A DNA stretch of 64,000 nt from an uncultured Mycoplasmatota bacterium (lineage in GTDB: Bacteria > Bacillota_I > Bacilli_A > RF39 > UBA660). The translations under genes and the position numbers were made by a program. Below are positions 1 to 8,570 of the stretch, piece by piece. The notes under the pieces are model-generated. The model worked only from the letters and a program-made list of their open reading frames with translations. It did no database searches and was not told where the DNA came from. Location of the stretch: assembly GCA_947570175.1 (NCBI GenBank), contig CANOTJ010000001.1, forward strand, positions 133,027-197,026, given 5' to 3'. How positions within the stretch are numbered: position 1 is the first letter of the stretch; each line of letters begins with the position of its first letter.

Positions 1-534
1 GAGATCTTAAATCGCTTATTAAATACCGATATAGAACCATCTCATTTGGATGAAGATATTCCAAAAGAATTATTTGATATGAGTCATTCCCTTGACCAAA
101 TTGAAATAAAAGAAGAACCTTCAAAATTAAAAAGGAAGTCTAATCAGCAATTTTCGTCAGTTTTTATAACTAAAGAAAAGAAAGATATACAGTTTTTAAA
201 GGATCATGAAATCGATGTTGATCAGGCAATAGAATTACTTGGTGATATTCCAATGTATGAAGATAGCTTAAAAGATTTCTTAAAAAATAAGAACCACCGA
301 CTAGAATTATTAAAAAATTATTTAGAAAAAAAAGATATGAAAAATTATGCAATAGAAGTTCATTCTTTAAAAAGTGATTCGAAATATTTAGGATTTCATA
401 AACTTGCAGATATTGCATTCAATCATGAGTTAAAGAGTAAGGCAGATAATTTAGATTTTATTCAAGAACATTATTTGGAATTAGAACAAGAGTTTCAACA
501 TATTGTGGAAATTATTCAAGAATATTTTGCATAA
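1..534 (+). CDS. 3' part of a gene ending in an HPt (histidine phosphotransfer) domain; 5' end lies outside the window
   Basis: The frame is open from nt 1, with no stop before the listed TTG at 46. The C-terminal helical region carries the HPt signature H-S-L-K-S-D-S-K-Y-L-G (EVHSLKSDSKYLGF). Confidence 0.55.
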   Translation, partial: EILNRLLNTDIEPSHLDEDIPKELFDMSHSLDQIEIKEEPSKLKRKSNQQFSSVFITKEKKDIQFLKDHEIDVDQAIELLGDIPMYEDSLKDFLKNKNHRLELLKNYLEKKDMKNYAIEVHSLKSDSKYLGFHKLADIAFNHELKSKADNLDFIQEHYLELEQEFQHIVEIIQEYFA

Positions 535-566
535 AAAAAAAGAGTTTTTTACAACTCTTTTTTGGA
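535..566. terminator. bidirectional rho-independent terminator between convergent genes
   Basis: Stem AAAGAGTT (539-546) / AACTCTTT (553-560) with a 6-nt loop, flanked by an A-run upstream and a T-run downstream. Confidence 0.6.
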
Positions 567-570
567 TGCG

Positions 571-732
571 TTATACATTCCAAGCTCTAGCGCCTATTAT
601 GATTACTAATAAAATAAATAGAACTAGAATAATAGCAGCACCGTATCCAGCTCCATAGCCGTATCCTCCGCCATTTCCAGTATTGCAGCAGCATCCATTA
701 CCATATCCTTGGTATCCACCATAGTAATACAT
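571..732 (-). CDS. 53-aa Gly/Tyr/Cys-rich mini-protein with a C-terminal hydrophobic helix, YjcZ-type sporulation peptide family
   Basis: Hand translation gives MYYYGGYQGYGNGCCCNTGNGGGYGYGAGYGAAIILVLFILLVIIIGARAWNV. ATG is at 732-730 and TAA at 573-571. A strong SD, AGGAGGGTG, ends 3 nt before the ATG. The ORF is below the length cutoff of the ORF track. Confidence 0.6.
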   Translation of the reverse strand: MYYYGGYQGYGNGCCCNTGNGGGYGYGAGYGAAIILVLFILLVIIIGARAWNV

Positions 733-897
733 AAACACCCTCCTATCTAGGTCTAATATATTTTATTATCCAATCTTATTTTGGTTAATATAAAAAACCT
801 AATTTTTAAAAAAACTTGAATTTATTTGAGCGATATAAAAATATATGATATGATATAACTAGTATAGTATATGATAAATTTTATTTAAGGTGATGAA

Positions 898-2055
898 ATG
901 ATCAAAAAACTAAAAAAGGATATAAGAGATATGGATAAACCTTTGTTGATAGTAAGTATTTTACTATTTGTTTTTGGGTTGTTAAATATTGTGAATGCTT
1001 CTTCAAAAGCAGTCGTTTTACGATATAACACTTCATTATATATTTATTTTTATAAGCAAGGTGTTTTTTTAATCGTTGGACTTATTCTCACTCTCTTTAT
1101 TATCCATATACCAAGTAAGAAATATTATGCTTGGAGTCCAATTGCTTTTATTGGAGTCACTTTGATGTTGGTATATTTGTCGTTGTATGGAACTGTTCAT
1201 AAAGGATCCAATAACTGGATCGATTTGGGAGTATTTTCACTACAACCAAGTGAGTTTTCGAAACCAATTATGATTGTATGTTTATCTTTTTTATTTGAAC
1301 GTTTCCTATCTAGATTGCGTAATAAGAAATTGAATCATTACGATTTTATTGGAATTATCCTTTTTGTCGGTTGTCTTTTCCCGGCCATTGTTTTTTTTCA
1401 AAAAGATTTGGGGACAACTATCATTTTATTTTTAATTTTTGGAATGATGTTTTTAGCTAGCCCTATTCTTAGAATTGATAAACTAAAGACGATTGGTTTA
1501 TGTATTGTGCTATTAATAGTGGCGTGTGGTATTATTATTTCTAGAAATGGATCTCTATTAACAAAAACCCAATTAAGTCGGTTTGACTTTTTTGATCCAT
1601 GTTCAGATTATGAAGAAGGAGGATACCAAATTTGTAATGGTTTTATTGCTATTAATGATGGAGGACTTTTTGGAGTGGGCATTGGGAATAGTAAACAGAT
1701 TTCTTATATCCCAGAATCTCATACAGATAGTGTATTTGCCATTATTGCTGAGGAATATGGATTTATAGTATCCTCTTTTATCTTTTTTGCTTATATTATT
1801 ATTTTATATCGCATCTTAAAAATTAGTGCGAATGCGAATACTGTTCGAGGAAGATATATCGCATTTGGTGTTGCTGTATATATTTTTTTACATATTTTAA
1901 TTAATCTAGGAGGGTTATTTGGGGTAATGCCTCTTACAGGCGTACCTCTTCCTTTTTTGAGCTATGGAGGATCTTTTACGATTGCGTTAATCGTTTCTCT
2001 TGCGATTGTTCAAAGAATACATATTGAAATGCGAAATCAAAAAATTAAGGTTTGA
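898..2055 (+). CDS. SEDS-family peptidoglycan glycosyltransferase (FtsW/RodA/SpoVE family)
   Basis: Polytopic membrane protein with family motifs PSEFSKP, GGLFGVGIGNS, PESHTDSVFAIIAEEYGF and PLTGVPLPFLSYGGS. Confidence 0.9.
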   Translation: MIKKLKKDIRDMDKPLLIVSILLFVFGLLNIVNASSKAVVLRYNTSLYIYFYKQGVFLIVGLILTLFIIHIPSKKYYAWSPIAFIGVTLMLVYLSLYGTVHKGSNNWIDLGVFSLQPSEFSKPIMIVCLSFLFERFLSRLRNKKLNHYDFIGIILFVGCLFPAIVFFQKDLGTTIILFLIFGMMFLASPILRIDKLKTIGLCIVLLIVACGIIISRNGSLLTKTQLSRFDFFDPCSDYEEGGYQICNGFIAINDGGLFGVGIGNSKQISYIPESHTDSVFAIIAEEYGFIVSSFIFFAYIIILYRILKISANANTVRGRYIAFGVAVYIFLHILINLGGLFGVMPLTGVPLPFLSYGGSFTIALIVSLAIVQRIHIEMRNQKIKV

Positions 2056-2112
2056 GATAATTGACTTTATGTTAAAAATGGACTAAACTAATAATGGATA
2101 TAGAAAAGAGGT

Positions 2113-2667
2113 ATGAAGATGAATTTAGAAAATTTACCAGGAACAGAAACAGAGAAAAACTTAATGACTGCTTTTGCAGGGGAGAGTCAGGCAAGAAATA
2201 AATATACTTATTTTGCAAGTAAAGCTAAAAAAGAAGGATTAGAACAATATAGTGAAATTTTTCTAGAGACTGCTGATAATGAGAAAGAACATGCCAAAAT
2301 ATGGTTTAAATTATTAAACGGTGGTGAAATTAAATCTACTGAAGAAAATCTACTTGAAGCAGCTGAGGGAGAAAACTCTGAATGGACAGATATGTATGAT
2401 CGTTTTGCTAAGGTAGCTAAAGAAGAAGGTTTTGACCATATTGCATTTTTATTTGAAAGTGTTGGAAAAATTGAAAAAGAACATGAAGAGAGATATCGTA
2501 AGTTGTTAGATAACTTAAAAGCAGATAAAGTATTTCATAGAGAGACCCCAGTAATGTGGATTTGTCGTAATTGTGGACACATTCATTTTGGTGAAAGTGC
2601 ACCTGAAGTATGTCCAGTATGTGCACATCCAAAAGCTTATTTTGAAGAAAAGATAACCAATTATTAA
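2113..2667 (+). CDS. rbr: rubrerythrin
   Basis: N-terminal ferritin-like diiron domain (E..EH pairs: [20 protein letters not shown]) plus a C-terminal rubredoxin-like CRNCGH...CPVCAHP. The SD AAAGAGG (2105-2111) fits the second ATG at 2119 better, so the start may be 2119. Confidence 0.9.
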   Translation: MKMNLENLPGTETEKNLMTAFAGESQARNKYTYFASKAKKEGLEQYSEIFLETADNEKEHAKIWFKLLNGGEIKSTEENLLEAAEGENSEWTDMYDRFAKVAKEEGFDHIAFLFESVGKIEKEHEERYRKLLDNLKADKVFHRETPVMWICRNCGHIHFGESAPEVCPVCAHPKAYFEEKITNY

Positions 2668-2675
2668 TTTTTTAG

Positions 2676-2699
2676 AGTAGACATGGGTCTACTTTTTGT
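2676..2699 (+). terminator. rho-independent terminator after rbr
   Basis: Stem AGTAGAC / GTCTACT, loop ATGG, followed by TTTTT. Confidence 0.7.
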
Positions 2700-2757
2700 T
2701 TATCGATCAGTGAATCAAAAAGATGATATTCATCTTTTTAATTTTGTTACACATTAT

Positions 2758-2784
2758 TTAGCACTCATTCTTGACAAGTGCTAA
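2758..2784. promoter_or_regulatory. CIRCE operator (HrcA binding site)
   Basis: TTAGCACTC-N9-AAGTGCTAA matches 17 of 18 positions of the consensus TTAGCACTC-N9-GAGTGCTAA. It overlaps the -35 box of the htpG promoter. Confidence 0.8.
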
Positions 2785-2799
2785 ATAATGTGATATAAC
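2771..2799 (+). promoter_or_regulatory. sigma-A type promoter of htpG-hsp20
   Basis: TTGACA (2771-2776), 17-nt spacer, TATAAC (2794-2799). SD AAGGAGGA lies at 2809-2816 ahead of the ATG at 2822. Confidence 0.6.
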
Positions 2800-2821
2800 T
2801 ATAATTGTAAGGAGGATCAAA

Positions 2822-4699
2822 ATGAAGAAAAAACAATTTAAAGCAGAATCAAAGAAGCTGCTAAACTTGATGGTAAATTCTATTTATACCAATAAAGATA
2901 TTTTCTTAAGAGAATTAATATCAAATGCCAGTGACGCGATTGATAAATTATACTACCAATCTTTAACAGATAAAAAAACAAATATCGATCAGAATGAGTT
3001 ACAAATTCGAATTGATGTAGACAAAGATAATAGAACTTTAACGATATCTGATAATGGTTGTGGAATGGATGAGGAAGAATTAGAAACAAATTTGGGGACA
3101 ATAGCGAAAAGTGGATCTTTATCATTCAAAGAGGAGAATGCCAATCAAAAGGATGTAGATATCATTGGTCAATTCGGAGTTGGTTTTTATTCCGCTTTTA
3201 TGGTTAGTGATAAAGTAGAAGTATTATCAAAAAAGATAGGAAATAAAGCTTATTTATGGAAATCTAGTGGAGAAGAAGGATATACTTTAGAGGAGTCTGC
3301 AAAAGAGCAAATCGGAACTAAAATTACTTTATATTTAAAAGAAGATAGTGAGGATGTACGATATAGTGACTATTTAGAGGAATATAAAATAAGAAGTATT
3401 ATTAAAAAGTATTCCGATTATATTCGTTATCCAATTATCATGAAAGTTGAAAACAGAGTATTAAAAAAGGATAGTCAAGACGAATACGAAACAGTTATAG
3501 AAGATGCAACTTTAAATAGTATGTTACCACTTTGGAAGAAAAATAAAAGTAAAATTACAGAAGAAGAATATAATAATTTCTATATGGAGCGCTTTTATGA
3601 TTATGAAAAACCAATGAAAGTTATCCATACATCTGTAGAGGGATTATGTAGTTATCATGCCATTTTATACATTCCTAGTCATGCTCCTTATGACTTATAT
3701 TCTAAAGAATATGAAAAAGGATTACAATTGTATGCAAATGATGTTTTGATTCAAGATAAATGTTCTGAATTATTGCCAGATTATTTCAATTTTGTGAAAG
3801 GGGTAGTCAATAGTCAAGATTTATCTTTAAATATTTCAAGAGAATTATTACAACAAGATAAGAATGTTAGTATGATTGCTAAAAATATTGAAAGCAAAAT
3901 AAAGAGCGAGTTAGAAAAAATGTTAAAGAATAATCGAGAAGAATATGAAAAATTCTTTAATATATTTGGACGACAAATAAAATTTGGCGTATATGATAAT
4001 TATGGAATGAATAAAGATAAATTGAAGGATTTATTATTGTTCCATTCTTCAAAAGAGAATAAAATAATTACATTACAAGAATATGTAGAAAATATGGGAG
4101 AGGATCAAAAAAATATTTACTATGCATGTGGAGAAACCATTGATAAAATTGATTTACTTCCACAAGTAGAATTAGTAAAAGATAAAGGATATGATATCTT
4201 ATACTTGACAGACTACATTGATGAATTTGTAATGAAAACGCTTATGAATTATTCCGATAAAGAATTTATGAATATATGTTCTAAAGATTTAGATTTAACA
4301 ACTGAGGAAGAAAAGAAAAAATTAAAAAAGATTAATGACAAATCTAAAAAAATGTTTGATTTTATGAAAGAAACAATTTCAGAAGTAGAGGAAATTCGGT
4401 ATACTGATCGATTAAAGAATCATCCAGTTTGTTTAACAAATGAAGGAGAAATTTCTGTTGAAATGGAAAAAGTAATGAATGCTATGCCAACAGATGATAA
4501 GGTAAAAGCAAAAACTATTCTTGAAATCAATCAAAAACACCCACTTGCTAAAAAAATAGAAGAACTATATAAAAACGATCAAGAACAATTAAAAGAGTAT
4601 ACAAAAATTATTTATGCACAAGCTAAATTAATAGAGGGACTATCTATTGATAATCCAACTGAAATATCCAATTTAGTATGTGATTTAATATCAAAATAG
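2822..4699 (+). CDS. htpG: molecular chaperone HtpG (Hsp90)
   Basis: The N-terminus FKAESKKLLNLMVNSIYTNKDIFLRELISNASDAIDKL is the Hsp90 ATPase signature. GQFGVGFYSAF and the 625-aa length also fit. Confidence 0.95.
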   Translation: MKKKQFKAESKKLLNLMVNSIYTNKDIFLRELISNASDAIDKLYYQSLTDKKTNIDQNELQIRIDVDKDNRTLTISDNGCGMDEEELETNLGTIAKSGSLSFKEENANQKDVDIIGQFGVGFYSAFMVSDKVEVLSKKIGNKAYLWKSSGEEGYTLEESAKEQIGTKITLYLKEDSEDVRYSDYLEEYKIRSIIKKYSDYIRYPIIMKVENRVLKKDSQDEYETVIEDATLNSMLPLWKKNKSKITEEEYNNFYMERFYDYEKPMKVIHTSVEGLCSYHAILYIPSHAPYDLYSKEYEKGLQLYANDVLIQDKCSELLPDYFNFVKGVVNSQDLSLNISRELLQQDKNVSMIAKNIESKIKSELEKMLKNNREEYEKFFNIFGRQIKFGVYDNYGMNKDKLKDLLLFHSSKENKIITLQEYVENMGEDQKNIYYACGETIDKIDLLPQVELVKDKGYDILYLTDYIDEFVMKTLMNYSDKEFMNICSKDLDLTTEEEKKKLKKINDKSKKMFDFMKETISEVEEIRYTDRLKNHPVCLTNEGEISVEMEKVMNAMPTDDKVKAKTILEINQKHPLAKKIEELYKNDQEQLKEYTKIIYAQAKLIEGLSIDNPTEISNLVCDLISK

Positions 4700-4712
4700 A
4701 AAGGAAGATTAT

Positions 4713-5087
4713 ATGTTACCAAGTGAAATATTTTTTAATAATTTTTTAGATAATATAGATAATGATAAAAAAATGCAATGTGATATTTATGAAAAAGAGG
4801 ATACTATTCATATTGAGATGGATATCCCAGGGTTTAAAAAAGAAGATATTAATATTGAAATAAATAAAGGAAACTTAGTAATTTCTGCAGAAAAGAAAGA
4901 AGAAGAAAGTGATGATAAAAAGTATTTACGTCGTGAAAGAAAATTTTATGGGAAATATCAAAGATCATTTTATTTGGGAGATGTTGATGAGAACCATGTA
5001 GAAGCTTCTTTTGAAAATGGAATTTTAAAAATATCGGTTCCTAAGAAAACAGAGGAAGAATCAAAAAGAATGATAGAAATCAAATAA
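4713..5087 (+). CDS. small heat-shock protein, Hsp20/alpha-crystallin family
   Basis: 124 aa with an alpha-crystallin-type core (IHIEMDIPGFKKEDINIEI...GILKISVPK). Starts 13 nt after htpG. Confidence 0.85.
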   Translation: MLPSEIFFNNFLDNIDNDKKMQCDIYEKEDTIHIEMDIPGFKKEDINIEINKGNLVISAEKKEEESDDKKYLRRERKFYGKYQRSFYLGDVDENHVEASFENGILKISVPKKTEEESKRMIEIK

Positions 5088-5116
5088 TATGTTTTATAGC
5101 ATATTATTTTTTATTA

Positions 5117-5670
5117 TTAAGAAATAATATCAACATTGCATAGTATCAAAATATGTCTCTTATGAGCGGGACTAGTGGCATAACCACCATTTCCGAATTT
5201 TTCTAGTGTATGTTTATAACATTCCTCAATTGTTTCTTCTTCACTAACTTTATCAAAATGTGTAATGCTATAAAGATAAATTCTTTTTAGTGAATCATCA
5301 ACATCAATATTTCTATCTGCAGACGATAATATTTTTCCATAAATACTTCTAGGTTCTCTAGCTAATGAGGCTCTGTGATCTTCTATTGCTTCTTTCATTA
5401 TTATTAAATTATCATCACTAAAAAATTTATTTAAGTTCGTATCATTATACATAATTTGTGCAGAAACTTTTTCATGATTTTTATAATCTATATGGTAACC
5501 TATATCATGATATGCTGCTATTGCATATAGCATGTTAATGTCAACATTAATTTATAACATCTGCTAATAACATATTTAACATGCTCTATTTGATGTCCTT
5601 TATCATTTAATTTATATTGTGAAAATATATTTTGTTCAATATACCTTTTTAATTCTTTATTCACATTCAT
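5117..5670 (-). pseudogene. HD-domain phosphohydrolase gene interrupted by a frameshift
   Basis: An ATG at 5670 opens MNVNKELKRYIEQNIFSQYKLNDKGHQIEHVKYVISRCYKL, the N-terminal His region. That frame stops at 5523-5521. The listed ORF 5117-5533 (MLYAIAAYHDIGY..., containing the HD dyad) continues in another frame, in which INVDIN precedes MLYAIAAYHD. The frame switch falls at about 5545-5565, where there is no homopolymer run. Confidence 0.5.
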
Positions 5671-5734
5671 TAACTCATCTCTAATAATAATTGTAATAGG
5701 CGACTAGATAAGTTTATAAAATTAGCATGTTCGC

Positions 5735-5763
5735 TTGTTTTTATCTATTACTAATAGTATGAT
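5735..5763 (+). promoter_or_regulatory. candidate promoter of the small-peptide mRNA
   Basis: TTGTTT (5735-5740), 17-nt spacer, TATGAT (5758-5763). Confidence 0.4.
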
Positions 5764-5833
5764 ATTTTTAGGAATATTTAGTTAGTTTGGGTACTATTCT
5801 CCTTTACTTTTAAAAGTGGAAGGAGGTGAAATT

Positions 5834-5926
5834 ATGAGAAAGAAAGACGAATATCTTTGTACTATCATAATACTCCTTATTATTGTGATTTTAGTCATTT
5901 TAATAAAAATAGTACCAACTGTATAA
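5834..5926 (+). CDS. 30-aa hydrophobic peptide, candidate type I toxin
   Basis: MRKKDEYLCTIIILLIIVILVILIKIVPTV. SD AGGAGGTG ends 5 nt before the ATG. That SD can be sequestered by CTCCTT (5799-5804). Not in the ORF track because it is too short. Confidence 0.4.
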   Translation: MRKKDEYLCTIIILLIIVILVILIKIVPTV

Positions 5927-6013
5927 GTCGGTACTAGACAAAATTATTTTGGAATAGTACCTAACTTAGCAAAACTAGGTATTCCTCTTTTATTTTATGC
6001 AAGTTTCCTTGAC
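5903..6013 (-). ncRNA. candidate antisense RNA convergent with the small-peptide gene (antitoxin-like)
   Basis: Minus-strand promoter TTGACA (complement of 6043-6048), 17-nt spacer, TACTAT (complement of 6020-6025), with an upstream TG (extended -10). A hairpin AGTACC/GGTACT (5911-5935) plus a U-run ends the transcript at about 5903. The RNA overlaps the last 8 codons and the 3' UTR of the peptide mRNA. Transcript ends are predicted, not measured. Confidence 0.3.
5951..5997 (+). terminator. rho-independent terminator of the small-peptide mRNA
   Basis: GGAATA/TATTCC and CCTA/TAGG stems with a 3-nt bulge, followed by TCTTTTATTTTAT. Confidence 0.5.
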
Positions 6014-6217
6014 ATATTCATAGTAACATATTTTTTAATTCTTGTCAAAAATTCATATTAGAAAATTTATGTTTTTATATATATATATAATTAATGGTAT
6101 GAAAATTTTATATAAAGTAGTAAATTAGTAGTAAAATAGATATTAAATCATTCATACATTGTTTAAGATAAAGGGCTAGTAGTGAAAACTAATATTTTTA
6201 TATAAAAAAGTCTTTAG

Positions 6218-6814
6218 TCAAGACTCTTTCAAATTTGTTAAAATTAAACTTTCAACTTCATGAAATAGTTTTTGGTTTGCCTCTTCTAAAGTCATATTTC
6301 CAACTTTAAAGGGTTTCCCATATCGAATGGTCAGATTTTTATTTTTAAATTTGTAATCACCACTAATTCCAAAAGGAATAATAGTTGCATTTGTTTTTTT
6401 AGCCATTGCTACAGTACCAAATTTGAAAGGAAGAAGTAGTTCTTCTGTTTTGTTTCTAGTACCTTCAGGAAAAAGACCAATTGCTCCTTTGTGATTTAGG
6501 ATATCTATGGCATAGTTCTTTGCTGTTTCGTCATTTCCATTTCGATTGACACAGATACAACCAACAAATTTGAAAAACCAAGCCATTTTTCCTTCAAAGT
6601 ACTCTTTTTTTGCCATATAATGAATAGCTCTTTTCGTTGCCAGAATAGTTAAGCATTGATCATAAATATGTTTATGATTCCCAACAATTAAGATTGGACC
6701 TTCCTTTGGAATATAGTCTTTATGAATAATCGTGGGGTGATAATAAATATGAAAGAGTAATCGCATAATAGGAGTTAACAGTTGATATCCAAATTCACCT
6801 TTAAATTTTTTCAT
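6218..6814 (-). CDS. PlsC-family (lysophospholipid) acyltransferase
   Basis: HX4D catalytic motif NHKHIYD and the FPEGTRN block, 198 aa. Its start overlaps the stop of the upstream ligase gene by 14 nt. Confidence 0.8.
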   Translation of the reverse strand: MKKFKGEFGYQLLTPIMRLLFHIYYHPTIIHKDYIPKEGPILIVGNHKHIYDQCLTILATKRAIHYMAKKEYFEGKMAWFFKFVGCICVNRNGNDETAKNYAIDILNHKGAIGLFPEGTRNKTEELLLPFKFGTVAMAKKTNATIIPFGISGDYKFKNKNLTIRYGKPFKVGNMTLEEANQKLFHEVESLILTNLKES

Positions 6815-8570
6815 TTTTTTCCTTCAATCTTTTTTCCATATTTTCTTTTTGTAAACGTCTAAAGTCTACTTTTCCCACCATTGTGCGAGGAAGTGATCTT
6901 CTAAACTCGTATTCATATACCTGAGCATATTTTGGCAAATTTTTTTTACACATCTCTTTTAATTCATTCATTAATTCTTCACTTTTTTTATATCCTTTGT
7001 TTAAAACGATAAAGGCCTTTGGGACTTCCATTTTATAAGGGTGAGCAATTCCTACCACACTACATAGCATGATGGCTGGATGTGTTTCCAATAAGGCTTC
7101 TATTTGATTGGGATAAACATTGTATCCAGAGGAAATGATTAGACGTTTTAAGCGACTTGTATATTTGATAAAACCATTACTATCCATCACTCCTAAATCT
7201 CCAGAGTGCAACCAAATATTTCCATCATCATGAATATGAAGAGCTAAATTGGTTTCTTTTTCGTTATTGTAATATCCTAACATTACATTGGGACCACTGA
7301 TACAAATTTCTCCTTCTTCTCCATAGGGGACCTCTTTATCATCGGGTGAGAATATACCGATATAACATCCAGGAAAAGGAATCCCTATATATCCCTTTTT
7401 AGGTGTATTTTTAAATCCTAAGGCGACTGCCGCAAGGGATTCACTCATTCCATATCCTTGGATGATTCTGGTATTAGAACCATGATCCATTAGAAACTGG
7501 TTGACTTTTCTTTCCATCGTAATTTTTAGTGTATCTCCACCAGAAATGGCATATTTTAAATAGTTTAATTTCATTTTTTCAGATTTCTCAGTTTTCAATA
7601 GAGCTTCAAATAAGGTGGGAACTCCAATTACAAATTCTGGTTTATACTTATTTAGTAATTTTCCAAATTCATTTGGCTTAAATTGTGGAAGGATAATGCA
7701 CTGAGCGCCTACACATAAAGGAGTGTAGATACAGACACCTAATCCAAATCCATGAAAGATAGGCATAATGGATAAACATTTATCACCTATTTCTAGTTCA
7801 TCAAAAACAATTTTAGCCTGTTCAACCAAAGTAATAAAGTTTCCATTTGATAGAACAATTGCCTTTGGATTACCTGTAGATCCACCACTATGGAGCATAA
7901 CAGCAGGTGTATTCTTTTTGCCAATATAGTTATAATTCTTTTTGTTATAACTTTTTCCATCAGAAATGAAATGATTCCAAAGAATGTATTTTTTATCATT
8001 TTTTGGAAGTTCAGTTTTGTATCCCATTGTTACTGTATATCCTAAATTCATCCAGAAAGGCATAGAGTTATTTGGCCTTACGATGATAATTTTATAAACA
8101 TTTGTCTCATCAATAATATTTTTTATTTTGATATAATCGATATCGATTAATACAAGCATGACACTAGAGGTTTCCATTAATGTCTGTTTTATTTCATTTT
8201 CACTAGATAGTGGATGAAACATATTAGAAATGGCCCCAATCTTATTTAATGCAAAAAAGGAAATAATTCCCTCTGGGGTATTTGGCATACAGATTGTTAC
8301 AACATCATTTTTTCGAATTCCATAACTTAAGAATGCATTCGCACATTCATCAATCTTTTCAGATAGTTGTTTATATGTTAGTTTAGTCCCATAGTAGTCG
8401 ATGGCATTTTTATTTGGGTATTTCTGCATATTATCTATAAAATATTGATAAAGAGAAGTATTTGGAATTTGCAGGTCTATATCATTTTTATTATAGTATT
8501 TGCTCCAAGGGGCATTTGGCTTTTGTTTAAATCCAAAGAAACGGAAAAATTTCATATTAAATAGGCTCAT
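6801..8570 (-). CDS. AMP-forming acyl-CoA/acyl-ACP synthetase (FadD/Aas-like adenylating enzyme)
   Basis: ANL-superfamily cores are present: HSGGSTGNPKA, GYGMSES, SGDLG, RLKRLIISSGYNVYPNQIE and PRTMVGKVDFRRL. Confidence 0.85.
   Translation of the reverse strand: MSLFNMKFFRFFGFKQKPNAPWSKYYNKNDIDLQIPNTSLYQYFIDNMQKYPNKNAIDYYGTKLTYKQLSEKIDECANAFLSYGIRKNDVVTICMPNTPEGIISFFALNKIGAISNMFHPLSSENEIKQTLMETSSVMLVLIDIDYIKIKNIIDETNVYKIIIVRPNNSMPFWMNLGYTVTMGYKTELPKNDKKYILWNHFISDGKSYNKKNYNYIGKKNTPAVMLHSGGSTGNPKAIVLSNGNFITLVEQAKIVFDELEIGDKCLSIMPIFHGFGLGVCIYTPLCVGAQCIILPQFKPNEFGKLLNKYKPEFVIGVPTLFEALLKTEKSEKMKLNYLKYAISGGDTLKITMERKVNQFLMDHGSNTRIIQGYGMSESLAAVALGFKNTPKKGYIGIPFPGCYIGIFSPDDKEVPYGEEGEICISGPNVMLGYYNNEKETNLALHIHDDGNIWLHSGDLGVMDSNGFIKYTSRLKRLIISSGYNVYPNQIEALLETHPAIMLCSVVGIAHPYKMEVPKAFIVLNKGYKKSEELMNELKEMCKKNLPKYAQVYEYEFRRSLPRTMVGKVDFRRLQKENMEKRLKEKNEKI

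Noticed and set aside
6076-6090. (TA)n microsatellite-like run
   Set aside because: It is only about seven units long in a very AT-rich intergenic region, with no flanking structure. It is likely compositional.
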